Source of the DNA: Halorutilales archaeon Cl-col2-1
GTDB taxonomy: Archaea > Halobacteriota > Halobacteria > Halobacteriales > Afararchaeaceae
Direction of reading: 5' to 3'
Length of the DNA stretch: 64,000 nucleotides
Assembly (NCBI GenBank): GCA_041891055.1
Contig: CP169074.1
Coordinates: 1,792,001-1,856,000 of the forward strand
How positions within the stretch are numbered: the stretch's first letter is position 1; every line of letters starts with the position of its first letter. Below are positions 32,113 through 41,950 of this stretch, piece by piece. A model generated the notes under the pieces. The model was given only the letters and a program-made list of their open reading frames with translations, was not told the DNA's origin and did no database searches. Made by a program: the position numbers and the translations under genes.

Positions 32113-33093
32113 CTACTCCTTAAACGCGCTAGCAACGAGAAGCGGGAATACGAGTGTCGCCTCTGCTTCGACCTGTGTGTAGTTGGTCTGTTCCTCCTTT
32201 ATCTTGCCCCAAGAGACAGCCTCGTTGGGTGGTGCTCCCGACAGTGACCCGTCGCCCTCCATTCCCGTGGATATGTAGACGACGTAGTCGGCTCCGCCTC
32301 TGAAGAGGTTGGTCATTATGGCGTGGTGTTTCGGGACTCCGCCGCCGACCGCGATCAGACCCGTCTTTTCAGCGAGTAAGCCGTCCTCGATTAGCGAGTC
32401 GTAGTCGTCGAGTATCTCGATTCCGACCTCTGAGTCGTAGCTCTGCCGGTAGAAGTAGAGGAAGTTGCCGACCTCGGCGTCGGTCAGAGCGGGACAGTAG
32501 ACGGGGACGTCGTTGTCGGCGGCTTGTTTGAGAACCGAGTCCTCGTCGTCGAGAGTCTCGCCGAGTTCACGTGCGAACTCGGTGGGTGTCCTGATCTTCT
32601 CCTCGGCGAAGAAGTCGTCGAAGAAGTCGTAGAGGTACTCCTCCAGCCAGACGTACCGATCCGACGGGACGAAGATGTTTCCCAGACGGTTGATGCCCTT
32701 TTCACGTAGCTCCTCCTCGTCTGTCTCCCACTCTCCCATCTTGAACGGCATCTCGGTCTTGATGACGTCCTCGGTCAGCGATCCCGAAGTCGTGATAACG
32801 ACGTCGACGTATCCCTCTCGGACGAGATAAGCGACTGTCTCACGTAGCCCCGACGAGATGATGTTCGAGGTAAACGTGAGATAGACCGTCGCGTCCTCTT
32901 CCTGCATACGTTCGACGATATCGATTGCTTCTGCTAGCTGGGTTGCCTGGAACCCCGTCGTAGCGTAAGCATCGAGCATCTCACGGAAGTCGAACTCGCC
33001 ACGGAAGTCGTATCCACGTACGTCGGGGGTACCGATCTCCTCGTCAGTCCCGGGAAGGACGTGTTCGCGGGAATCAGAGTCGTCTTTATCCAT
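32113..33093 (-). CDS. dhs: Deoxyhypusine synthase
   Basis: TGFQAT, TSNIISSGLRE, GGGVPKHH, DGSLSGA..EAVSWGK. Confidence 0.95.
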   Translation of the reverse strand: MDKDDSDSREHVLPGTDEEIGTPDVRGYDFRGEFDFREMLDAYATTGFQATQLAEAIDIVERMQEEDATVYLTFTSNIISSGLRETVAYLVREGYVDVVITTSGSLTEDVIKTEMPFKMGEWETDEEELREKGINRLGNIFVPSDRYVWLEEYLYDFFDDFFAEEKIRTPTEFARELGETLDDEDSVLKQAADNDVPVYCPALTDAEVGNFLYFYRQSYDSEVGIEILDDYDSLIEDGLLAEKTGLIAVGGGVPKHHAIMTNLFRGGADYVVYISTGMEGDGSLSGAPPNEAVSWGKIKEEQTNYTQVEAEATLVFPLLVASAFKE

Positions 33094-33145
33094 GTAGGCG
33101 GTACGTCGCCGAGCGGTTTGAATATCTCGAAATGGATGGAGTAAG

Positions 33146-33193
33146 TCTCCAGAACTTGTTCTGGATGGCACGTCAATCGAAGATTGACATACG
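33146..33193 (+). repeat. Double-hairpin micro-insertion, 48 bp
   Basis: TC-tccagaac/gttctgga-tggca-cgtcaatc gaa gattgaca-TACG. Confidence 0.75.
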
Positions 33194-33244
33194 TCTCAGA
33201 TAGTGAACTACCCCACCCTACTCGCTCACGGCTAACGCCGTTCG

Positions 33245-33464
33245 TCTCAAAATCTACGAGTTTGAGGGCTCGCTAATCGGAGATTGGCGAACGCTCCTTG
33301 AGGGTGTCGTCAGAAGTGGAGCTTCTGACTGCTCACAAATCGTAGATTTGTGATGTCTCTGAGGAGACCTCAGAGGCTCGTGAACTTTCGTTCACGATGG
33401 GGCTTCCTGTTTCAACGACGTTGTCAGACTACGTCTGACAGCCTGTCGAGGTTACCTCGACAAA
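33245..33464. repeat. Four double-hairpin micro-insertions in the IS right end
   Basis: 33245-33293 (+, 49 bp), 33307-33355 (+, 49), 33356-33399 (+, 44), 33419-33464 (-, 46). Confidence 0.88.
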
Positions 33465-34665
33465 CGCACTTTGCATCCACGACGGTGGACGACCCACCAG
33501 TCGCGGACGTAGGGAGTGCAGTCTCCGCAGGCGTGACTTCGGCGTGTCCCACGCCTAACTCTGAAAGACCGCGTTGTAGCACGTTGTAGGCGGCGTTCTC
33601 GTCGCGGTCGGTCTCGAACCCACAGGTCGGGCAGGAATGTTCGCGCACCCACAGTTCTTTCTCAACCTCAACCCCGCACTCGGCACACTCTTGGGTCGTG
33701 CCCTCGGGTTCGACTTTCACGAAGTGCGTGTCCTCGCGGTCGCACTTGTATTCGAGGAAGTCGATGAACGTCCGCCACGACGCCGACGCTCTGTTGCGAC
33801 TATTCGACGGCAGTTGCATCATCTCGTGAACGTCAAGGTCTTCCACGGCTACGAGGTCGTACTCACGAGCGTAGTACGCTGAGAGTTTGTGCAGGAAGTC
33901 GCGACGCTTCCGTACAATACGAGCGTGGATGCGGGTCACGCGGCGGCGTTGCTCGTGCCAGTTCTTCGACCCCTTCACCTTGCGACTCAGCGCTCGTTGC
34001 TCGCGTTCGAGCCGTTCGTACTCGTCTTCGAGGTTGAGACTTCCGACCATCGTGCTGTCGGTGTCGTGAGCGTACTTGATGATGCCCACGTCGATACCAA
34101 CCATATCCTCGCGGTCAACCTCATCCAGAGCGGGTTTCTCGGACGCGCCGTCTTCGGTTTCGATGCCGAAGGTGGCGTACCACTCACCCGTTTTCTCTTG
34201 TTTGACCGTGACCTGTTTCACGCGGGCGTCGTCGGGGATGTCGCGGTGGAGGTGTATCGGCATCTCACCAATCTTGGAAAGGGAAAGCACGGTCTGGTCA
34301 CTCGTGTTCTTGAGTTCGAAACCAGACTGGTTGTAGGTGAGGCTCCGATACTCTCGCGGACTCTTCCACTTGAGCATCCCAACCTTGTGCCCATTCTCCT
34401 TCTTTTCTTTGAGGCGGTCGAGGTTGTCGCTGACGCGGCGGGCAACCATTTGCAACACTTTCGAGTACACGTCGGTGAGGTCGTCCCACCAATCTTTCAG
34501 GTCGGGAAGCATATTCTGCATCGCGGTGTACGATAGGTACTCGTCCGTGTTGCGGAGTTCGTACAAGTAGTGGTTGTAGAGTTGCCTACAGGCATCTATA
34601 TGCCGTTCTAGTTCAGATTGAACGGCTTCGTCGGGGTCGATGCGATATCTGTAGTTGTAGTTCAT
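33424..34665 (-). CDS. tnpB: RNA-guided endonuclease TnpB
   Basis: RuvC GIDVG / VEDL / DRDENAA; CxxC...CxxC zinc finger. Confidence 0.95.
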   Translation of the reverse strand: MNYNYRYRIDPDEAVQSELERHIDACRQLYNHYLYELRNTDEYLSYTAMQNMLPDLKDWWDDLTDVYSKVLQMVARRVSDNLDRLKEKKENGHKVGMLKWKSPREYRSLTYNQSGFELKNTSDQTVLSLSKIGEMPIHLHRDIPDDARVKQVTVKQEKTGEWYATFGIETEDGASEKPALDEVDREDMVGIDVGIIKYAHDTDSTMVGSLNLEDEYERLEREQRALSRKVKGSKNWHEQRRRVTRIHARIVRKRRDFLHKLSAYYAREYDLVAVEDLDVHEMMQLPSNSRNRASASWRTFIDFLEYKCDREDTHFVKVEPEGTTQECAECGVEVEKELWVREHSCPTCGFETDRDENAAYNVLQRGLSELGVGHAEVTPAETALPTSATGGSSTVVDAKCVCRGNLDRLSDVV

Positions 34666-34669
34666 CGTG

Positions 34670-34828
34670 TTACTCGTCTTGGTCGTCGGTTTCGTCGGGG
34701 TCGCTGACGCGGATGACTTTCACGTCTGCGCCGCGCCAGTCTTTGGGAACTGTAACGTGGGCACTCCCGCCGAACTCCTTCGCTTCACGGTCAATGATTT
34801 CTTCGCCTTCTAGTTCGAATGTGCCCAT
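34670..34828 (-). CDS. DUF2080-like transposon-associated small protein, 52 aa
   Basis: Hand-read MGTFELEGEEIIDREAKEFGGSAHVTVPKDWRGADVKVIR. Confidence 0.8.
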   Translation of the reverse strand: MGTFELEGEEIIDREAKEFGGSAHVTVPKDWRGADVKVIRVSDPDETDDQDE

Positions 34829-34888
34829 ACACAAATATATATTGGGCATATATTATATGTTTCGGTGGAGAATGACGATAGCTTACGG

Positions 34889-35251
34889 CTGTTGCAAGAT
34901 CTACGATCTTGCTATCCACAAATTCGGAGAATTTGTGACTGTATCCCCGACCTACTGCGTATGAAAATCGAAGATTTACTTGTGCTAGAAAACTCTACGA
35001 GTTTTCTGCATCACAGAAATCTCTGATTTCTGAAGACCCGTGAATCTTAGATTCACGGACGTCCTCAGAACGCGAAGCGTTCTGATGTGCGAACGAGACG
35101 CGAAGCGTCTCGTCAACGCTACTCACTCGCTTCGCTCGTTGTGTTGCCGTCCGAAAATCTTCGATTTTCGTGATCTCGGAAATCTACGATTTCCGACGGT
35201 ACGCGAATCCTTGATTCGCTCGATCACGAGAGAGCGAAGCTCTCTCGAACG
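34889..35251. repeat. Four hairpin micro-insertions in the IS left end
   Basis: 34889-34938 (-, 50 bp), 34958-35059 (-, 102), 35062-35118 (+, 57), 35150-35251 (+, 102). Confidence 0.88.
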
Positions 35252-35297
35252 ACTCCTTAAGGACGGGGACTTAGCCTGTAAGAGTGAAAATCAGAAG

Positions 35298-36359
35298 CTA
35301 CGCCAGGTTCCCCACGACGTTCTCTATCACGTCGACTGCGTTCCTGAACTCGGAGATCTCTATGTGTTCGTCGGGGGTGTGGTCAAGGTTCGAGTCGCCG
35401 GGTCCGTAGGTCACCATCGGACAGTCCCACGACTCGGCGAAGACGTTCATGTCACTCGTCCCCGTCTTGACCGAGAGACCCATGTCGCCGTCCTCGTCAC
35501 GTATCGACCGCGTAAAGGCACGCACGACGGGGTTCGATCTGTCAGCCATAACGGGCTCCGTCGACTCTCCGAAGTAGAGGTCGCCGTCTCCGACGTGTTC
35601 CCTGACTTCGCTCTTGAGCTCGTCGACAGAGTGGCTCGGGGGTATACGTATGTTGCCACGGAGCTCCGACCTGAGTTCGAAGCCGTCGGAGTCGGACTCT
35701 ATGTTGGTGGGCTTAGCCTGTAAACTCCGGAAGCCGTCCTCGTCGTCGGCGACTGTCTTGACGGCGTTCCAGAAGTCTATGACGTCCTCTATCGCATTAA
35801 CACCCGGACGTGCTGTATGTATAACCTCCCCGGTGACACGGTAACGCAGACGGAGTATGCCACGGTATCCGAGTGTGACCGTGTCCCAGCCCGACGGCTC
35901 GCCGTTTATGAGGAACTCGGGCTCTTCGCGGTTCTGTGACAGGTACCGCGCTCCGCGTCCCGACTTCTCCTCCTCGACGACCGCCGCGACGGTGATACGT
36001 CTGTCCGTATCAGTCTCGGCGTGGCGCGCCGCTCCGAGTATCATCGAGGAGAGTGGACCCTTGGCATCGACAGTCCCGCGTCCGTACATCTTACCACCCT
36101 CTATGCTCACGGGAATCTCTCCCGGAACTGTGTCCATGTGGCTCGTGAGGAGTATCTCGTCGGAACTCTCGTCTTCTGTGTTTCCGACACTCGCTATTAC
36201 GTTTCCTACCGAGTCAGTCTCGACCTCGAACCCCATCTCGGGAAGCTCTTCGAGTAGGTAGTCACGTGCCTCGCCCTCGTTCTCTGACGGGCTGTACCTC
36301 TCTACGAATCCCTTGAAGAACTCAATCTCCTCGTCGGAAGATAATGAGACGGATGTCAT
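35298..36359 (-). CDS. argE: [ArgW/LysW]-ornithine/lysine hydrolase (ArgE/LysK)
   Basis: [27 protein letters not shown]; operon context. Confidence 0.88.
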   Translation of the reverse strand: MTSVSLSSDEEIEFFKGFVERYSPSENEGEARDYLLEELPEMGFEVETDSVGNVIASVGNTEDESSDEILLTSHMDTVPGEIPVSIEGGKMYGRGTVDAKGPLSSMILGAARHAETDTDRRITVAAVVEEEKSGRGARYLSQNREEPEFLINGEPSGWDTVTLGYRGILRLRYRVTGEVIHTARPGVNAIEDVIDFWNAVKTVADDEDGFRSLQAKPTNIESDSDGFELRSELRGNIRIPPSHSVDELKSEVREHVGDGDLYFGESTEPVMADRSNPVVRAFTRSIRDEDGDMGLSVKTGTSDMNVFAESWDCPMVTYGPGDSNLDHTPDEHIEISEFRNAVDVIENVVGNLA

Positions 36360-36374
36360 CTTCTTGTATTTATA

Positions 36375-37544
36375 TTACAGAACTTCGTCGATCGTCTCGA
36401 CTACCCTGTCGACGTGTTCTTCCTCGACTGTAAGGGGCGGAAGGAACCGTATCACGTTGACACCCGCCGAGAGTGCGAGTATGCCGTTCTTCGCAAGCTG
36501 AGACAGGTACCGTCCGCTTCTTCCTCTGACCTGGACGCCGACCATCAGACCCTTCCCACGTACATCGACTATCCTGTCTGAGTCGAGTCCTTCTATCCCC
36601 GAGGTGAGACGTTCCCCCATCTTCTTCGCGTTCTCGGCGAGGTCGTTCTCGACTATGTAGTCGAGAGACGCACGTGCCGCCGCCGATGTCACGGGGTTTC
36701 CACAGTAGGTTCCGCCGTGGCTTCCCTTCGGTATCTCTGCCATCTCTTCTGTGTAGACGACCGCGCTTATCGGAGTGCCTCCCCCAAGAGACTTCGCCGT
36801 CGTGAGAGCGTCGGGGGTGACGTCGTAATGCTCGTGGCTCCAGATCTCACCCGTCCTTCCGAGACCCGCCTGTATCTCGTCGAAGACGAGGTAAGCGCCG
36901 TGGTCATCACACAGGTCACGCGCCGCTTCTAAGTAGTCCTCGTTGGCGGGGTATATTCCCCCCTCGCCCTGTATGGGTTCGAGGAGTACCATCGCAGTCT
37001 CGTCGTCGACAGTCTCCTTGAGGTCGTCTACGTCGTTGTAAGACGAGAACTCGAACTCGGGGACGACGGGCTCGAAGGGCTCCCTGTACTTCGACTTCCA
37101 CGTCGCCGATATAGAGCCGTAAGTACGTCCGTGGAAACCTCTCTTTGCGGCGACTACCTTCCGGCTGTCGTCGTCAGTCGACCCCCTCGCGAACTTGATA
37201 GCAGTCTCGTTCGCCTCGGTTCCTGCGTTCGTGAGGAAGACCTTGTCGAGAGCCTCGGGTGTGATCTCGACGAGACGTTCCATCAGCTTTCCTCTCTCGG
37301 GGGTGGCGTACGACGCCTGTGCGTAGGTGAATTTCTCAGCCTGTTCTTTTATCGCATCGACTACCTCGGGGTTCGAGTGTCCGACCGCCATCACTCCGTA
37401 CGACGCTCCGAAGTCGAGGTACTCGTTCCCGTCGTGGTCGTAGACGTAGACGCCGTCACCCGACTCCACGGTTATGGGCTTCTTCGAGAAGACTTCCTCG
37501 TACCTCTTTTCCCTCTGAATTATGTCCTGGCTGTCCTCAGTCAT
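36375..37544 (-). CDS. argD: Class III aminotransferase (ArgD/LysJ)
   Basis: FHGRT, EPIQGEGG, DEIQAGLGRTG, AKSLGGG. Confidence 0.9.
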   Translation of the reverse strand: MTEDSQDIIQREKRYEEVFSKKPITVESGDGVYVYDHDGNEYLDFGASYGVMAVGHSNPEVVDAIKEQAEKFTYAQASYATPERGKLMERLVEITPEALDKVFLTNAGTEANETAIKFARGSTDDDSRKVVAAKRGFHGRTYGSISATWKSKYREPFEPVVPEFEFSSYNDVDDLKETVDDETAMVLLEPIQGEGGIYPANEDYLEAARDLCDDHGAYLVFDEIQAGLGRTGEIWSHEHYDVTPDALTTAKSLGGGTPISAVVYTEEMAEIPKGSHGGTYCGNPVTSAAARASLDYIVENDLAENAKKMGERLTSGIEGLDSDRIVDVRGKGLMVGVQVRGRSGRYLSQLAKNGILALSAGVNVIRFLPPLTVEEEHVDRVVETIDEVL

Positions 37545-38349
37545 TCTTATTAGTGAATACAGTTCCGTTTCCTTCGAGTGCTTGAGTCACGGGTGACTTT
37601 ACGTTCGCCGACGCGAATACGACTTCGGTCGCTCCCTTGTCGAGAGCCTCACGCGCCGCCATGACCTTCTTCTTCATCTTGCCCTCGGCGTACTTCTCTA
37701 TGACGTCGTCTATCTCGTCGTAGCCGACCTTCTCGATTAAGCTGTCTTCGTCGTCGGGGTCACGCAGAAGACCCGGGACGTCGGAAAGTATGGCGAGACG
37801 GCTTCCGAGTGCTCCCGCGACTGCCGCTGCCGACCGGTCGGCGTCTGTGTTGACAGCCGTACCCTCGTACGAGATCATGGGCACCGAGACTACTGGGGTG
37901 TAGCCGGCGTCGAGATGCATAGAGAGGAGTTCGTCGTTGACCTTCTCTATCTTGCCCGAGTGATCCCCTCTCATGACCTTCTTCCTGCCGTCTTCCTTGA
38001 CTATCACGGTGTCCTTTCTCTCTCCCTCTAGGAGACGTCCGTCGACTCCCGAGAGACCGACTGCGTCGACACCGCGTGACTGGAGCCCCTCGACGAGGTC
38101 GGTGTTTACGAGACCGGGCATAGCCATCTTGAAGATCTCCATCGAGTCCTCGTCTGTGAAACGTCCCTTGACTCCCGACGCGCTCGTGACATACGTCGGC
38201 TCGGTTCCGAGCCTCTCGTGGAGCCCGTCGACTACACCGCTTCCACCGTGGACGACTACGAAGCTGTCTTCTTCTATACCGGCTAAGTCGTCGAGGACGT
38301 TCTCGGGATCTACTCCGCTCGTGCCGCCTATCTTGACTACGAATGTCAT
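37537..38349 (-). CDS. argB: [ArgW]-glutamate kinase (ArgB/LysZ)
   Basis: VVKIGG, VHGG, NTDAD. Confidence 0.9.
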   Translation of the reverse strand: MTFVVKIGGTSGVDPENVLDDLAGIEEDSFVVVHGGSGVVDGLHERLGTEPTYVTSASGVKGRFTDEDSMEIFKMAMPGLVNTDLVEGLQSRGVDAVGLSGVDGRLLEGERKDTVIVKEDGRKKVMRGDHSGKIEKVNDELLSMHLDAGYTPVVSVPMISYEGTAVNTDADRSAAAVAGALGSRLAILSDVPGLLRDPDDEDSLIEKVGYDEIDDVIEKYAEGKMKKKVMAAREALDKGATEVVFASANVKSPVTQALEGNGTVFTNKND

Positions 38350-39368
38350 ACTGGATGTAGTCCCGTGTGTTCTAACCCGGCTGTCTCGTCGAATCCGAAC
38401 GCAATGTTCATGTCCTGCACAGCGGTTCCCGCGCTTCCCTTCATCATGTTGTCTATCGCGGAGAACGCCACCACGCGACCGTCTCCGATCTCGAATCCGA
38501 CGTCACAGTAGTTGGTTCCCTCGACTATCTTCGGCTCGGGGTATCTGTAGACCCCCCGGCGCGAGTTGGCTATACGTACGAAGGGCTCGTCGGAGTAGGT
38601 CGACTTGTAGGCTCTCTTGAGGTCAGCCTTCGATACGTCTTCCTCGGGGAAGACGTGTGCCGTCGACGCTATTCCACGCACTAGCTCTATGGCGTGGACG
38701 GTCATGCTCACGTCGAGCCCTGTCTCCTGGGTGATCTCCGCCTGGTGTCTGTGGCTCGTCGGAGCGTACGGACGCACTGTCCTCGACCTCTCGGCGTGGT
38801 GCGACGCCTTGTTCGCGCTCGCTCCTCCCGCGCTCGAACTCGTCTTGACGTCTAGTACGACGTTGTCGTTTTCGTCCACGATATCCTCCTCGACGAGAGG
38901 ATAGAGACCGAGTATCGCCGCGGTCGCGTTACAGCCTGGAGCGGCGATGAGGTCGGCGTCCCGGATGTCTTCCCTGTAGAGCTCGGGCACCCCGTATACG
39001 GCGTCGTCGAGAAGATCCGTGTTGGGATGCGGGTCGTACCATCTGTCGTAGTCGGCGGGGTCGTCGAGACGGTAGTCGCCGCTGAGGTCTATTATCTTCT
39101 CGCCGTATTCGAGAAGGTCGGGAAGCTCCTCCATCGTGTAGCCGTGGGGAGTTGCCGTAAAGAGGACATCTACCTCTTCGAGGTCGTCCGGACTCGTGAA
39201 CCTCAGGTTAGTCTTCCCCCTGAGGTTGGGATGTAGAGTCTCGACTGTCGCCCTCTCGTAAGACCGTGACGTGACCTGGCTGACCTCTACCTCGGGATGC
39301 TCTACGAGAAGGCGGAGAAGCTCTCCGCCCGTGTATCCGCTTCCGCCTATGATGCTAGCTTGAATCAT
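38346..39368 (-). CDS. argC: [ArgW]-glutamyl-phosphate reductase (ArgC/LysY)
   Basis: GGSGYTGGE, PGCNAT, IDNMMKGSAG. Confidence 0.92.
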   Translation of the reverse strand: MIQASIIGGSGYTGGELLRLLVEHPEVEVSQVTSRSYERATVETLHPNLRGKTNLRFTSPDDLEEVDVLFTATPHGYTMEELPDLLEYGEKIIDLSGDYRLDDPADYDRWYDPHPNTDLLDDAVYGVPELYREDIRDADLIAAPGCNATAAILGLYPLVEEDIVDENDNVVLDVKTSSSAGGASANKASHHAERSRTVRPYAPTSHRHQAEITQETGLDVSMTVHAIELVRGIASTAHVFPEEDVSKADLKRAYKSTYSDEPFVRIANSRRGVYRYPEPKIVEGTNYCDVGFEIGDGRVVAFSAIDNMMKGSAGTAVQDMNIAFGFDETAGLEHTGLHPV

Positions 39369-40224
39369 AATTCTCCTCTATGTAGTCGACGTACTCCGAC
39401 GCGACGTCTATTCCGGTCGCCTCGGTGAGTGCCTTGAACTCTAAGCTGTGGTTGACCTCGTGTACGGTGTATCCGTCGTCGGTCTCCATTACGTCGACCC
39501 CTAAGACGCCTCCACCGACTGCTTCGGCTGCGTCGAGGGCGACTTCTTCGAGTTCGTCGGTAACATCGCAGTTCGACGCCTCGCCCCCTCTCGCGGCGTT
39601 CGTGATCCATTCGTCGCTCGAACGGTAGATCGCTCCTACGATATCGTCTCCGGCTACAATCACACGTATGTCACGTCCGGGCTTGTCGACGTAGTTCTGT
39701 ATGTAGAAGACAGAGTGCTCGTAATGACCAAGGACGTCCTTATGTTCGAGGACTGCCTCCGCCGACTCGGGGTCGTTTATCTTCGCCAAGAGACGTGCCC
39801 ACGAGCCTATAACGGGCTTGACTACGACGGGGTATCCCATCTCGTCTATAGTATCGAGTGCCGAGTCGATGGTGAACGCCACTCTTGTCTTGGGGGTCGG
39901 CACGCCGTTCTCAGTCAGAGCGAGCGAAGTCTCTACCTTGTTCCCACAGACGCGTGAGACCTCATATCCGTTGAGGGTCGGCACTCCGTACGACTCGAAG
40001 AACCTCACCGAGTAGAGCCCGCGCGAGTAACTTATCGCACGGTTGACGACGACATCGAGGTCTTCTACGTCTACGTCAGCTCCCTCGATCCCCGATGCTC
40101 CACTCAGTCCCAGAGAGACGTCGCGTGTGTCTATCTTGACGACGTCGTGTCCTCTGTCCCTCAGCTCGTTGAGGAGTAGCTTCTCGTCCTTACGTATACG
40201 GGAATAAAGGAAGCCGACCTTCAT
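39355..40224 (-). CDS. argX: ATP-grasp ligase ArgX/LysX
   Basis: KPVIGSWARL, KPGRDIR, WITNAARG. Confidence 0.9.
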   Translation of the reverse strand: MKVGFLYSRIRKDEKLLLNELRDRGHDVVKIDTRDVSLGLSGASGIEGADVDVEDLDVVVNRAISYSRGLYSVRFFESYGVPTLNGYEVSRVCGNKVETSLALTENGVPTPKTRVAFTIDSALDTIDEMGYPVVVKPVIGSWARLLAKINDPESAEAVLEHKDVLGHYEHSVFYIQNYVDKPGRDIRVIVAGDDIVGAIYRSSDEWITNAARGGEASNCDVTDELEEVALDAAEAVGGGVLGVDVMETDDGYTVHEVNHSLEFKALTEATGIDVASEYVDYIEENYDSS

Positions 40225-40228
40225 CTAA

Positions 40229-40411
40229 CTACTCTCCCCAGTCCTCTTCGAGTTCGGGTGCCTCTATGAGGTCGAGAGGATCTGTGTCTGCGACCTCAAG
40301 CTCAGCACCGCACTCGGTACAGTCTATTATCTCTCCGCGCTCTACTTCCCATTCTGGCTCTACCTCTGCTCCACATACGGGGCATTCTGCTTTCTGTGTC
40401 ATTCTTGTCAC
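40229..40411 (-). CDS. argW: Amino-group carrier protein ArgW/LysW
   Basis: Two CxxC motifs and C-terminal EEDWGE. Confidence 0.95.
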   Translation of the reverse strand: MTRMTQKAECPVCGAEVEPEWEVERGEIIDCTECGAELEVADTDPLDLIEAPELEEDWGE

Positions 40412-40419
40412 CTGTATAT

Positions 40420-40830
40420 CTATATTTTCTCGTCTAGTATAAGACGTGTTCGTGTCGAGACGGTCTCGTCGAGCTTACGCAGACGCGTCACGAGGTCGTT
40501 GACCTCCGAGGTATCTGAGACGTCGACTACGACTATGAGATCCTCGTTTCCGCTGATCTCCCAGACGAAGTCTACGCCCTCCCAGTCAACTATCTCGTCC
40601 GAGACCTTCGAAGTCTCGACGTCTATGTCGACCTCGACCTCTATCATAGCGCGTACGTTTCCGACACTCGTCGAGACCGTGAAACGGCGTATCACGTCTT
40701 CTTCTCTGAGGCTCCGGACGCGGTTGCGCACTGTACCCTCCGAGGTTCCGACCTCCTCGGCTACCTCTGTGAAGGGCTTGCGTGCGTCGTGTTTGAGTAC
40801 TTCGAGTATCTTACGGTCAGTCGCGTCCAT
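40420..40830 (-). CDS. Lrp/AsnC regulator (LysM-like)
   Basis: DARKPFTEVA...SEGTVRNRV. Confidence 0.9.
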   Translation of the reverse strand: MDATDRKILEVLKHDARKPFTEVAEEVGTSEGTVRNRVRSLREEDVIRRFTVSTSVGNVRAMIEVEVDIDVETSKVSDEIVDWEGVDFVWEISGNEDLIVVVDVSDTSEVNDLVTRLRKLDETVSTRTRLILDEKI

Positions 40831-40869
40831 CGTCTCTTACAGACGAGACGTCGGCTTAGAACATGAAGC

Positions 40870-40884
40870 TTACGAACTTCGTAA
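40870..40884. promoter_or_regulatory. Palindrome TTACGAA-C-TTCGTAA, candidate operator
   Basis: Perfect inverted repeat about 40 bp upstream of the lrp-arg operon. Confidence 0.45.
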
Positions 40885-40999
40885 AGTCTTCTACGAAGAC
40901 GAAAACGCGGTACGTAGACCAAACTCTTCTGACTTACCCACTCTTAACTGAAACAGTGACAACATACTGAACTATATATTTCACTCAGTTTCATAGACA

Positions 41000-41935
41000 T
41001 CAGTCAGTCTCAGACTCCTTTTCGATGTTCGAAGGCGACACACTAGTCCCTACTTTTCCGCCTTCGATAGCCGCCGAGAGACCCTCCGGGGTTGTTATCA
41101 CACCTTTCTCTCCGCCCTTCTCTACGAAGTCGGCACACGCTTCTACCTTGGGCATCATGCTTCCTTCTCCGAACTCCCTTTCTCGTATATGTCGTCTGGC
41201 TTCCTCGGGAGTCATCTCCTCTATACGTCTCTCGTCGTCGGTTCCGTATCCGAGATAGGCGTACTCGACGTCTGTGACCGACACGAATACCTCGGCGTCG
41301 AGACACGTAGCCATAAGACTCGACGTCTTGTCCTTGTCGACCACAGCCTCGACGCCTCTCAGACCTCCGTCCCTCACGACTGGTACTCCACCACCTCCAC
41401 AGCAGATGACGTGCGTGCCGGCTTCGACGGCTCTCGCAATCTCGTCTGACTCGACTATCTTGACCGGGTCGGGGGACGGAACCACCCTTCTGTAGGTTTC
41501 TCCCGTCTTCACGGTATCGAACTCCTTCTCACGTGCTTCTTCCTCGGTGTAATCTGGTCCCACGGGCTTCGTGGGGCTGTCGAAGGCGGTGTCGTCGGGA
41601 TCTACGACAGTCTGTGTGAGAAACGTCACGAACTCCGAGTCGGTCTCAACTGCGTTGTCGAGCTCCTGCTGAAGGAGGTAGCCTATCTGTGCCTGTGTCT
41701 CTGCCACCAACACGTCGAGGGGTATCCTGGGACTCTCAGACCCCTCCTGCTGGAGCATCAGTCTCCCCACCTGTGGACCGTTTCCGTGTGTCACTACGGC
41801 TCTGTGCCCTTCTTCTATCAGACTCGCTATCTCGGACGCAGTCTTCCTAATCTCCTCCCTCTGTTCCTCGACAGTCCCCTCCGCTCCTTTTCTGAGAACT
41901 GCGTTTCCACCTAGTCCTACTACGACTGTTTTCAT
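41000..41935 (-). CDS. arcC: Carbamate kinase
   Basis: LGGNA, THGNGPQVG, PTKPVGP, VVPSP, GSMMPKV. Confidence 0.94.
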   Translation of the reverse strand: MKTVVVGLGGNAVLRKGAEGTVEEQREEIRKTASEIASLIEEGHRAVVTHGNGPQVGRLMLQQEGSESPRIPLDVLVAETQAQIGYLLQQELDNAVETDSEFVTFLTQTVVDPDDTAFDSPTKPVGPDYTEEEAREKEFDTVKTGETYRRVVPSPDPVKIVESDEIARAVEAGTHVICCGGGGVPVVRDGGLRGVEAVVDKDKTSSLMATCLDAEVFVSVTDVEYAYLGYGTDDERRIEEMTPEEARRHIREREFGEGSMMPKVEACADFVEKGGEKGVITTPEGLSAAIEGGKVGTSVSPSNIEKESETD

Positions 41936-41950
41936 ATAGCGTTATTTAAT

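Larger units (their letters stand above)
33203..35290 (-). mobile_element. IS1341-type (tnpB-only) IS200/IS605 element 1
   Basis: tnpB plus DUF2080-like gene; right end ggggtagttcac; left-end palindrome ccccg...cgggg; left boundary approximate. Confidence 0.85.

Noticed and set aside
34889-35251. CRISPR array
   Set aside because: No identical direct repeats with unique spacers and no cas genes; the region is a cluster of hairpin micro-insertions.
35040-35723. 227-aa ORF similar to the ORFs at 12701 and 51391
   Set aside because: The similarity comes from translated hairpin repeats and the rest is antisense to argE.
35298-40830. LysW-type cluster as a novel lysine pathway
   Set aside because: The carrier-protein route for arginine is already known in haloarchaea, and lysA in this window points to DAP-type lysine synthesis.
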